12,131 nucleotides of DNA. Origin: Hadesarchaea archaeon. Its GTDB lineage: Archaea > Hadarchaeota > Hadarchaeia > Hadarchaeales > Hadarchaeaceae. Shown here piece by piece: positions 1 through 6,344 of the stretch. The notes under the pieces are model-generated. The model was not told the DNA's origin. It worked only from the letters and a program-made list of their open reading frames with translations, and searched no databases. The stretch covers positions 1-12,131 of the forward strand of contig JAUXAS010000023.1 in NCBI GenBank assembly GCA_030619825.1, in the 5' to 3' direction. The translations under genes were made by a program, and so were the position numbers. Each line of letters starts with the position of its first letter. Positions within the stretch are counted from its first letter, which is position 1.

Positions 1-1
1 A

Positions 2-70
2 CCATTTGTGGCATTCAAAGAGCTTGTGGAGAAGTATATTTTAAAGAATGAAAACAGCCTGAAGGGGTAA
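2..70 (+). CDS. 3' end of an upstream gene, product unknown (partial; ...PFVAFKELVEKYILKNENSLKG*)
   Basis: Frame 2 is open from the window edge to TAA at 68-70, 2 nt before the next gene's probable start. Too short to assign a family. Confidence 0.5.
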   Translation, partial: PFVAFKELVEKYILKNENSLKG

Positions 71-72
71 AA

Positions 73-678
73 CTGGATCGGCTTAAACACATCGCTGCGG
101 AGCTCAAAGAGCATGCACCTTTCACCGCCTTTGGGGCGGGCTTGGGAGTAGTCGTAATGGCCGTTGTGTCCCTAGCCGGGCTCGACCCAGACATCTCTCA
201 ACACACCTTCCACATTCTGCACCCCGCTCACATGCTACTTAGCGCGACCGTGACCGCCGCGATGTTTAGGCTGCACAGGGGGGGCATCGGGGCCTCGATA
301 GCCGTCGGACTCGTGGGGGCGGCTGGGATATGCGCGATAAGCGACATAGCGTTCCCCTACGTGGGAGGTACGCTACTTGGAGCCACCATGACCTTACACG
401 TATGCCTTTTAGAACACCCGTGGCTCGTGATCCTACCTGGGCTCGTCGGCGCGACAATCGGCACTTTGACGGGGCGCTGGACCAAGTGTCCACATGCGGC
501 GCACGTGCTGATAAGTACTTTGGCGTCGCTCTTCTACCTCATGGCATTCGGGGAGCTTGACTGGCTCCCGATGTTCCCGCTCGTGTTCGTGGTGCTATTC
601 ATAGCGGTTTGGGTTCCATGTTGCACTAGTGATATAATCTTTCCCCTTCTATTTACGAGGAGGATAAAACGTCACTAG
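73..678 (+). CDS. Conserved-looking polytopic membrane protein, His/Cys-rich (about 201 aa), probable CTG start
   Basis: The ORF track starts at TTG 142, but the frame is open back to TGA at 49-51 and reads (CTG)DRLKHIAAELKEHAPFTAFGAGLGVVV, which completes the first hydrophobic helix. CTG at 73 follows an SD-like GAAGGGGT (61-68). There are several TM segments and two HxxH...CxxSDIxFP repeats. The TAG stop at 676-678 overlaps the convergent gene's stop. Confidence 0.75.
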   Translation: MDRLKHIAAELKEHAPFTAFGAGLGVVVMAVVSLAGLDPDISQHTFHILHPAHMLLSATVTAAMFRLHRGGIGASIAVGLVGAAGICAISDIAFPYVGGTLLGATMTLHVCLLEHPWLVILPGLVGATIGTLTGRWTKCPHAAHVLISTLASLFYLMAFGELDWLPMFPLVFVVLFIAVWVPCCTSDIIFPLLFTRRIKRH

Positions 679-1904
679 CCCTTCAACTTTTTCCAAACTC
701 TTCCCTTCGTCGCGACAAGCGCTGCAATTCGGGCCGCCTGAGCATTGCTCGGCATCACCAACACGCCGGCCTTTTCCAGCTTTTCCTTCTGTAACACCAA
801 GCCCTGGGCATCCCGGGGCGTCCCCGTCACCGACGCCACGACGCTGAGGTAGCCTCCCCCCCGATCGGTTACGCGCTTCGCCTCCTCAACAGCTTTAACT
901 AGTTCCCCCGCGGGGTCGGGGTGTGCCCCCTGCCCCAGCACCACGTCCAACACAATTACCGCAGTTTCCCAGTTTCGAGCCTCCTTCAACATCCGCTCGC
1001 ATCGCGGACCTAGGTCGACCACTGGGTGCCGCCCTCGAGCGAGCTCGGCTGCCCCGAAGTCAACGCAGGCATGCCCCCTGCTTGAGTGCGGGTCGGGCAG
1101 CCGCAGCCGTGGCTTCAGGGGAACGTTCGAGCGCACATCACCGATCAGCCCTTGCATGACCACCATAGCTTCCGCGCAGAGCATCTCTCCCGAATAGAGC
1201 CCGCGAATGTACTTCTGCCCGTAGCTGAAGTGCCGGTGCTCCCGCTCCGCAATTTTCCTAACCTCCTCGGGCGAAAGGGTAGAAGTCACCTCGCGGGGTT
1301 CACGCTTCTCGACGAGGGCAACCGCGTGGGCTGCCGCATCCTCGAGCGTTTGAGCAGGAACCACGCCCTTCGGGAACTTGGCCCCGCGCCCCACCCCCAG
1401 AAAACAGACAACCGCGGGCTTTCCCACGGCTTTGACGGCCTTGAGCATCCGCCGCGCGACGCTGGTAGTGGGGGCCAGAGCAATCACCACGATTACCTTT
1501 GTGGACTCATCCTCCCCTAGGAACTTCAGTGCCCCCATCGTCCCCATACCATCGACCCTTTGCGAGAGGTCTCGGGGCCCCACGCCCAAAGCATGGGATA
1601 CTCCAACCTCATCCACCAGACACGAAACTTCCTGAATCCCCGTCCCGAGGGTGCCGACTATTCCCACTGGACCCCGGCGTACGGCGTTGGCGAACCCGTA
1701 GCCCTTGCCCTCGATGATGGTCGTGCTGCACCCCGGGCCCAAGAGCAAAATCTCGCGTTCAGCGGCCGCTTGCTTGAGCTCGATCTCTTCCTCCAGTGAA
1801 ACACCGCCGCTGAGGAGCACCACGTGCTTGCCAGCCCGCAGCGCCCGCATCGCATCCCGAGCCGCGGGGGGCCCGGACACGGAGATTACAACAAATTCAG
1901 CCAT
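675..1904 (-). CDS. FdrA/YahF-like protein (succinyl-CoA synthetase alpha-like CoA-ligase fold), lacking the N-terminal domain
   Basis: Matches recalled E. coli FdrA segments: VISVxG..AA, EEEIELK, LLLGPGCST (FdrA GPDCGT), FANAVRRGPVGIVG, GTGIQEV, SHALGVGPRDLS, IRGLYSG, GH..VDFG, GRHP, LDVVLG.GAHPDPA, VASVTGT..D.Q, PSNAQAA. ATG at 1904 has an SD-like GGGGAA upstream. Confidence 0.85.
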   Translation of the reverse strand: MAEFVVISVSGPPAARDAMRALRAGKHVVLLSGGVSLEEEIELKQAAAEREILLLGPGCSTTIIEGKGYGFANAVRRGPVGIVGTLGTGIQEVSCLVDEVGVSHALGVGPRDLSQRVDGMGTMGALKFLGEDESTKVIVVIALAPTTSVARRMLKAVKAVGKPAVVCFLGVGRGAKFPKGVVPAQTLEDAAAHAVALVEKREPREVTSTLSPEEVRKIAEREHRHFSYGQKYIRGLYSGEMLCAEAMVVMQGLIGDVRSNVPLKPRLRLPDPHSSRGHACVDFGAAELARGRHPVVDLGPRCERMLKEARNWETAVIVLDVVLGQGAHPDPAGELVKAVEEAKRVTDRGGGYLSVVASVTGTPRDAQGLVLQKEKLEKAGVLVMPSNAQAARIAALVATKGRVWKKLKG

Positions 1905-2037
1905 CTATTCCCCAGCCGATAAATTAGACTTTAATTCAAATAGACATGTGCTAGGGATGGGAAACTAGGCTTCCCCTTTTCATTTATTAAGAAGGCAAAT
2001 ATCTTAAGCTAAAGCGCAGATATGGGTTGGGACGATC
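1905..2037. promoter_or_regulatory. Divergent AT-rich promoter region between the FdrA-like gene and the PPC-codA unit
   Basis: AT-rich intergenic gap with TATA-like boxes: TTTATTAA (about 1983-1990) and CTTAAG (2003-2008, about 30 nt before ATG 2038) on +, and ATTAAAG (about 1929-1935) on -. Exact boxes are inferred. Confidence 0.45.
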
Positions 2038-2472
2038 ATGCAATCCACAAGTTACAAGCTTGGCAGATTTTTCTTGTGCAGGCTCAAGCACGATTCGAAG
2101 CTCACGCGATCGATCGTAAATTTTGCGAGGGAGAAAAGGGTCAAGATGGCGTTCTTCACCGTAGTCGGTGCGGTCAAGCAGGCGCGGCTTGCCTACTACG
2201 ACCAGGTGGAGCACGAGTATCAAAAAATTAAACTCGATCAGCCCCTAGAGATCGCGAATTGCTTCGGCAACCTCTCGCTCAAGGACGGCAAACCATTTAC
2301 CCATGTCCATGCCGTGCTGGTCGACAAGGCTGGCAAGACCTACGCGGGGCACATGATTGGGGCGACGGTATTCGCGGCCGAGCTTCACTTTCAAGAGCTG
2401 CTGGGCAAAAAACTCGAGCGGGAGTACGATCAAACAACTGGCCTAGCGCTGTGGGAGTTTGGGGGGTTATAA
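2038..2472 (+). CDS. PPC domain (DUF296) protein, putative DNA-binding
   Basis: 144 aa with GRFFLCRL, VGAVKQARLAYY, LEIANCFGNLS, KPFTHVHAVL (HxH), YAGH and FAAE, typical of the PPC/DUF296 family. Confidence 0.9.
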   Translation: MQSTSYKLGRFFLCRLKHDSKLTRSIVNFAREKRVKMAFFTVVGAVKQARLAYYDQVEHEYQKIKLDQPLEIANCFGNLSLKDGKPFTHVHAVLVDKAGKTYAGHMIGATVFAAELHFQELLGKKLEREYDQTTGLALWEFGGL

Positions 2473-2473
2473 G

Positions 2474-3703
2474 GTGGACCTGCTGATAAAGAACGCTCGA
2501 ATCGTCGGGCGAAAGGCTCTGAAGGACATCGGCATCGAGGGTGAACGAATTGTCAAAATTGGAAAAATTCGGGGCCGCGCGCGAAGGGTGATCAATGCAA
2601 AGGGAATGCTGACATCTCCGGTCTTCATCGACCCACACATCCATCTCGATAAGTGCATGATAGGCGACGAGGTGCGGCCGAATATCTCGGGCACCTTGCA
2701 GGAGGCGATCGAAATCATCTGGGAGCGAAAGCGTCGCTACACCGTGCCCGATATCGTGCGCCGTGCGGGTGAAGTTATTCAAATGGCTGCACTGAACGGC
2801 ACCACCCGTATGCGAACTCACGTCGATGTCGACACAATCAGTGAGCTCAAGCCCCTCAAGGGCCTGCTCGAAGCGCGCAGAAAATTCAAACATCTGATGG
2901 ATATTCAGATCGTCGCTTTTCCTCAGGAGGGAATCCTACGTGATCCCGGGACCGAGGAGTTGCTCTACAAGGCGATGGAGCTGGGAGCCGACTTGGTTGG
3001 CGGGATGCCTCACCACGAGCGCCCGTACTCGAAGGCGAAACCCCACATCGATATCTGCTTTGAGGTGGCGAAGCGGTTCGACGCCGACATCGACATGCAC
3101 GTGGACGAGACCGACGACCCCCGCTCGCGCTCGCTCGAGTACCTAGCGGAAAAAACAGTCGCCGAGGAATACCAAGGTCGAGTCACGGCGGGCCACACCT
3201 GCGCGCTCGCGGCCTACCCGGACGATTACGCTCGCAAGGTCATCCGGAAGGTGAAGCAAGCGAACATCAACATGATAACCAACCCAGTCACAAACCTCGT
3301 GATCCAGGGTCGCGGGGACAAGCAACCGGTTCGCCGGGGGATAACGCGGGTTAAAGAATTACTGGCGGCGGGAGTTAACGTCACTTTTGGTCAGGACTGC
3401 GTGAACGACGCCTTCTACCCGTTCGGCCGCGCGGACATGCTTGAGGTTGCGAACATAACTGCCCACGCTGCGCACCTAAGCACGCTGGATGAGATTAGAA
3501 CTGTCTTTCGAATGATGACCTACAACGCCGCCCGCACACTAGGGGTACTCCATGATTACGGCGCAGTTGGGAAACGCGCGGACCTCGTGGTGATCGACGC
3601 AGTTTCGGTGAAAGATGCGATTCGGATGCAACCAGACCGGCGATGGGTAATCAAGGGCGGCAAGATCATCGCGGAAGGTAGGTCAATTCGGAGATTGGTT
3701 TGA
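2474..3703 (+). CDS. codA: Cytosine deaminase-like amidohydrolase (CodA family)
   Basis: Metal and catalytic motifs DPHIHLD, RTHVD, VAFPQEG, GGMPH, DMHVDE, AGHTCAL, NPVTN and FGQDCVND..YPFG. Start reassigned to GTG 2474 (MDLLIKNA), 1 nt after the PPC stop. Exact substrate uncertain. Confidence 0.85.
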   Translation: MDLLIKNARIVGRKALKDIGIEGERIVKIGKIRGRARRVINAKGMLTSPVFIDPHIHLDKCMIGDEVRPNISGTLQEAIEIIWERKRRYTVPDIVRRAGEVIQMAALNGTTRMRTHVDVDTISELKPLKGLLEARRKFKHLMDIQIVAFPQEGILRDPGTEELLYKAMELGADLVGGMPHHERPYSKAKPHIDICFEVAKRFDADIDMHVDETDDPRSRSLEYLAEKTVAEEYQGRVTAGHTCALAAYPDDYARKVIRKVKQANINMITNPVTNLVIQGRGDKQPVRRGITRVKELLAAGVNVTFGQDCVNDAFYPFGRADMLEVANITAHAAHLSTLDEIRTVFRMMTYNAARTLGVLHDYGAVGKRADLVVIDAVSVKDAIRMQPDRRWVIKGGKIIAEGRSIRRLV

Positions 3704-3721
3704 CTTCGCGTGGTCACATAC

Positions 3722-3798
3722 ACAATGCGTAGCCCCCCTCAAGAAAGTTGATCGTATTGAGATCCTCCATCAACTCATCGGAGGATAAGATGCAATGT
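3722..3798 (+). ncRNA. Candidate structured RNA element (three-way junction with complementary loops)
   Basis: P1 3722-3730/3790-3798 (one mismatch, one GU); P2 CTCAA/TTGAG 3738-3742/3757-3761; P3 ATCCTCC/GGAGGAT 3762-3768/3780-3786. Loop segments AGTTGAT (3746-3752) and ATCAACT (3769-3775) are exact complements. No known family recognised. Confidence 0.25.
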
Positions 3799-3805
3799 TT
3801 TAAAC
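3798..3805 (+). promoter_or_regulatory. TATA-like box for the PHP operon (the T-run may also terminate codA)
   Basis: TTTTAAAC about 30 nt upstream of ATG 3834, which is the usual archaeal spacing for a short-leader mRNA. Confidence 0.4.
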
Positions 3806-3833
3806 TCGTACAAAGAAGGCTGATGGTTGGAAC

Positions 3834-4673
3834 ATGACCAAGAAATTTGCTGATTTGCACGTTCATACCCGCGCCTCCGATGGAGGGATGCTTGCGGAGG
3901 AGGTCGTCCGGCAAGCGGGAGAAGTCGGGCTCGCCGCGATAGGGATAGCCGACCACGACTCCGTCAACGGCATCGAGGCAGCGTTCGAGGCGGGGAAAAA
4001 GTGCGAGGTAGAGGTCATCCCAGGCGTAGAACTCAGCGCATACCTCGATGATTCTGAGTTACACATTTTGGGTTACCTCATCAATTGGTGGGACGAGAGA
4101 TTCAGGGCAACGCTCCAGAAGTTCATAGAGGTGCGCCTGAACCGAGCCAAGCAGATGGTCGAGAAGCTCCGCGGGCTCGGCTTGGATATATCGTATGAAG
4201 ACGTGTTGGTCGAGGCTGGCGATGGAGTGGTGGGCCGGCCCCACGTCGCGCGGGCGCTAACCAAGCGGGGTTACGTTGAATCCACCGACCGTGCGTTCGA
4301 GCTATACATAGATGCGGGAGGCCCAGCTTACGTGGACAAATATCGTCTATCCTCCGCTGAAGCGATCGAGATGATTCAACGAGTCGGCGGGGTTCCGGTG
4401 CTCGCCCACCCGCTCTACGTCTTCCGCGAGGAGATGTTGCCGGAACTCCTAAAGCAGGGACTCGGGGGCATCGAGGTCTACCACACTAAGCACGATATCC
4501 TTGCAACACGACGCTTCGAAGACCTAGCGCGCCGGCACAACCTGCTGGTGACGGGCGGCAGTGATAGCCACGGCTTCGATGTGCCCATCGGGACGGTTCG
4601 AGTGCCTTATGAGCTCGTGGAGAAATTGAAAGCTGAGCGCAAGCTTTATGAGCGCCCACGCTATTTTAGGTGA
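3834..4673 (+). CDS. PHP-domain phosphoesterase, TrpH/YciV (RNase AM / 3',5'-nucleoside bisphosphate phosphatase)-like
   Basis: DLHVHTRASDG, DHDSVNG, GVELS, HILGY, GRPHVARAL, PAYV, LAHP, GIEVYH and GGSDSHG: the full motif set of YciV-type PHP proteins, including the helical insertion. Confidence 0.9.
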   Translation: MTKKFADLHVHTRASDGGMLAEEVVRQAGEVGLAAIGIADHDSVNGIEAAFEAGKKCEVEVIPGVELSAYLDDSELHILGYLINWWDERFRATLQKFIEVRLNRAKQMVEKLRGLGLDISYEDVLVEAGDGVVGRPHVARALTKRGYVESTDRAFELYIDAGGPAYVDKYRLSSAEAIEMIQRVGGVPVLAHPLYVFREEMLPELLKQGLGGIEVYHTKHDILATRRFEDLARRHNLLVTGGSDSHGFDVPIGTVRVPYELVEKLKAERKLYERPRYFR

Positions 4674-4708
4674 AGCAACAGCTGTATCGTAACCAAGGGG
4701 TTCTAGTT

Positions 4709-5398
4709 ATGATTACCGCAAAAGCTGCAATATTCGACCTCGACTGCACGCTGGTCGACACCCTTAAGCGATTTTATGATGTCTTCAACGAGATGCTCGA
4801 GGAGCATGAAAGCCAACCTCTCGCTTGGGATGAGTTCTTCAAAGGCTACGTTGCGGACACGCTTGACGATGTAGTCGCTGTACCCTCGGACGAAGGGCGA
4901 GAGCGAAAGCTGCACGAGTTCTGGCTAGAGTTCCTCCGAAGGTACCGAGCGAGCGACCCGGGCGGCAAGCTGATCCCGGGCGTGAGGGAAGTTTTCCAAA
5001 AGCTCCACGACGCAGGTGTCCCCATCGCGGTCATCACGAGCTGCATCGCCCCAGCAGCCAAGGTAAGAGAGGAGCTGGCGAGTTTCGGGCTCGATAAATT
5101 TGTGAGCGCGATCGCCACCGGGGACGACGCCATTAGGGACTTGAACGAAAAGCATCACTTCTCCAAGGTTGAGATCCTCAAGCTAGCGGCCGAGAGGCTG
5201 GGGGTCGACCCCCGGGAGTGCGTGACGGTGGGGGACTACTGGAATGATGTAACGGGTGGAAAGGCTTTGGGCGCGAAGACGGTAGCAGTGCTGTCGGGCC
5301 TGATGCGACGGGAGCTCCTAGAGAAGTTTGAGCCTGACGCGATCGTCGAGAGCGTTCGCGACCTGCCGAAAGTCGTAAAGTTTGAAAGTCAGAGTTAG
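4709..5398 (+). CDS. HAD-superfamily hydrolase (phosphoglycolate phosphatase-like, subfamily IA)
   Basis: Motif I IFDLDCTLVDT, motif II VITS, motif III Lys (FSKVE) and motif IV VGDYWND. Start moved to ATG 4709 so that motif I sits near the N-terminus. Confidence 0.88.
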   Translation: MITAKAAIFDLDCTLVDTLKRFYDVFNEMLEEHESQPLAWDEFFKGYVADTLDDVVAVPSDEGRERKLHEFWLEFLRRYRASDPGGKLIPGVREVFQKLHDAGVPIAVITSCIAPAAKVREELASFGLDKFVSAIATGDDAIRDLNEKHHFSKVEILKLAAERLGVDPRECVTVGDYWNDVTGGKALGAKTVAVLSGLMRRELLEKFEPDAIVESVRDLPKVVKFESQS

Positions 5399-5404
5399 CT
5401 TCTG

Positions 5405-5755
5405 GTGAAGGATGTGGTCCGAATCGATGGCACCAGCTTCGGAAGCATAACCGTAGATGGCAAACGCTACCCTCAAGATGTTTGGATCTTCACCGATGGC
5501 TCAATCAAGCGACGGGATCGGGACCACGAGGTCACGCTGGATGAGCTCGACCTCCTGTCCGAGGGAAAGCCTGAAATCGTGGTGGTTGGCACGGGACAAT
5601 CGGACTGCGTTCGAATAGACGAGGATGCTGCGAGGGAAGCTAGCAAGCGAGGAATAAAAATGATCAGCGATGCCACTCCCAACGCTCTCAAGCGATACAA
5701 CGAGGCGGCAAACGCAGGGCGCAGGGTAGCTGGCACATTTCACGTTACATGCTAG
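5405..5755 (+). CDS. Mth938-like (DUF498/AAMDC) domain protein
   Basis: FGSITVDGKRY..DV, H.VTLDEL, KPEIVVVGTGQ, T.NA.KRYN and the family's C-terminal HxTC followed directly by TAG. Confidence 0.88.
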   Translation: MKDVVRIDGTSFGSITVDGKRYPQDVWIFTDGSIKRRDRDHEVTLDELDLLSEGKPEIVVVGTGQSDCVRIDEDAAREASKRGIKMISDATPNALKRYNEAANAGRRVAGTFHVTC

Positions 5756-5763
5756 GTGTCAAA

Positions 5764-6324
5764 ATGGTGCGAGCTTTCATCGGAATTGATATCGACGAGG
5801 CGGTCAGGCACAAGTTAGTGGCTGCCCAAGAGCAACTCCAGGCGACCGGGGCGCAGCTCAAGCTCGTCGAACCACCCAATATCCACGTGACGATGAAATT
5901 TCTGGGTGAGGTTCCCGAAGATAAAGTTGGTGCGATCGCTGAGGCGTTGAAAAGGGCCGCTGCGGGAACAGGGCAATTCGACATCAGGGTTAAAGGCATA
6001 GGTGTCTTCCCGAACCTGCGCTACATCCGAGTCGTGTGGGCAGGCGTGGCCGAGGGGCGTGACGAGGTAATCGGTCTCTATCAGAAAATCGATCGGGAGG
6101 TACAGCCACTCGGTTTTCGCCCGGAGCGGGATTTTGTGCCCCACATGACCGTCGCGCGAGTCAAGACGGCAAAACAAAAGGAGCGGCTGGCAGCTTTTGT
6201 TAAAGAAATGAACGACGCTGAGTTTGGAGTGACACGCGCCCAAGCAGTCGAACTGAAGCAAAGCACGCTGACTCCGAAAGGGCCAATTTACAGCACCCTA
6301 GCGCGGATCGAGCTAAGCATGTAA
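5764..6324 (+). CDS. thpR: RNA 2',3'-cyclic phosphodiesterase (2H phosphoesterase, '2'-5' RNA ligase')
   Basis: MVRAFIGID, two HxT motifs (IHVTMKFLGE, PHMTVARVK), GVFP...RVVWAG and LKQSTLTPKGPIY. ATG 5764 has SD-like AGGTG upstream. Confidence 0.95.
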   Translation: MVRAFIGIDIDEAVRHKLVAAQEQLQATGAQLKLVEPPNIHVTMKFLGEVPEDKVGAIAEALKRAAAGTGQFDIRVKGIGVFPNLRYIRVVWAGVAEGRDEVIGLYQKIDREVQPLGFRPERDFVPHMTVARVKTAKQKERLAAFVKEMNDAEFGVTRAQAVELKQSTLTPKGPIYSTLARIELSM

Positions 6325-6344
6325 CTCGTACTTATCGACGTCGG

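Noticed and set aside
675..678. Two convergent genes sharing overlapping stops in CTAG
   Set aside because: A common compact arrangement with no sign of special function.
2474..3703. The neighbouring deaminase as the editor of the cca UAG
   Set aside because: CodA-type amidohydrolases act on free bases and are unrelated to TadA/ADAR RNA deaminases.
3743..3781. Hammerhead ribozyme or fluoride riboswitch in the codA-PHP gap
   Set aside because: The minus strand has CCGAUGA plus a stem, but it is followed by UUUC instead of GAAA. The GAUGGAG match lacks the crcB 3' consensus.
3714..3956. Minus-strand 80-aa ORF and its short tail peptide MEDLNTINFLEGGYALCM
   Set aside because: It overlaps the PHP gene antisense, has no SD and has no convincing motif.
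5753..5755. Genome-wide reassignment of TAG to a sense codon as the explanation for the cca amber
   Set aside because: TAG ends the Mth938 gene right after its conserved terminal HxTC. It also ends the HAD gene, the 9554 ORF and both convergent genes at 675-678, so it normally acts as a stop here.
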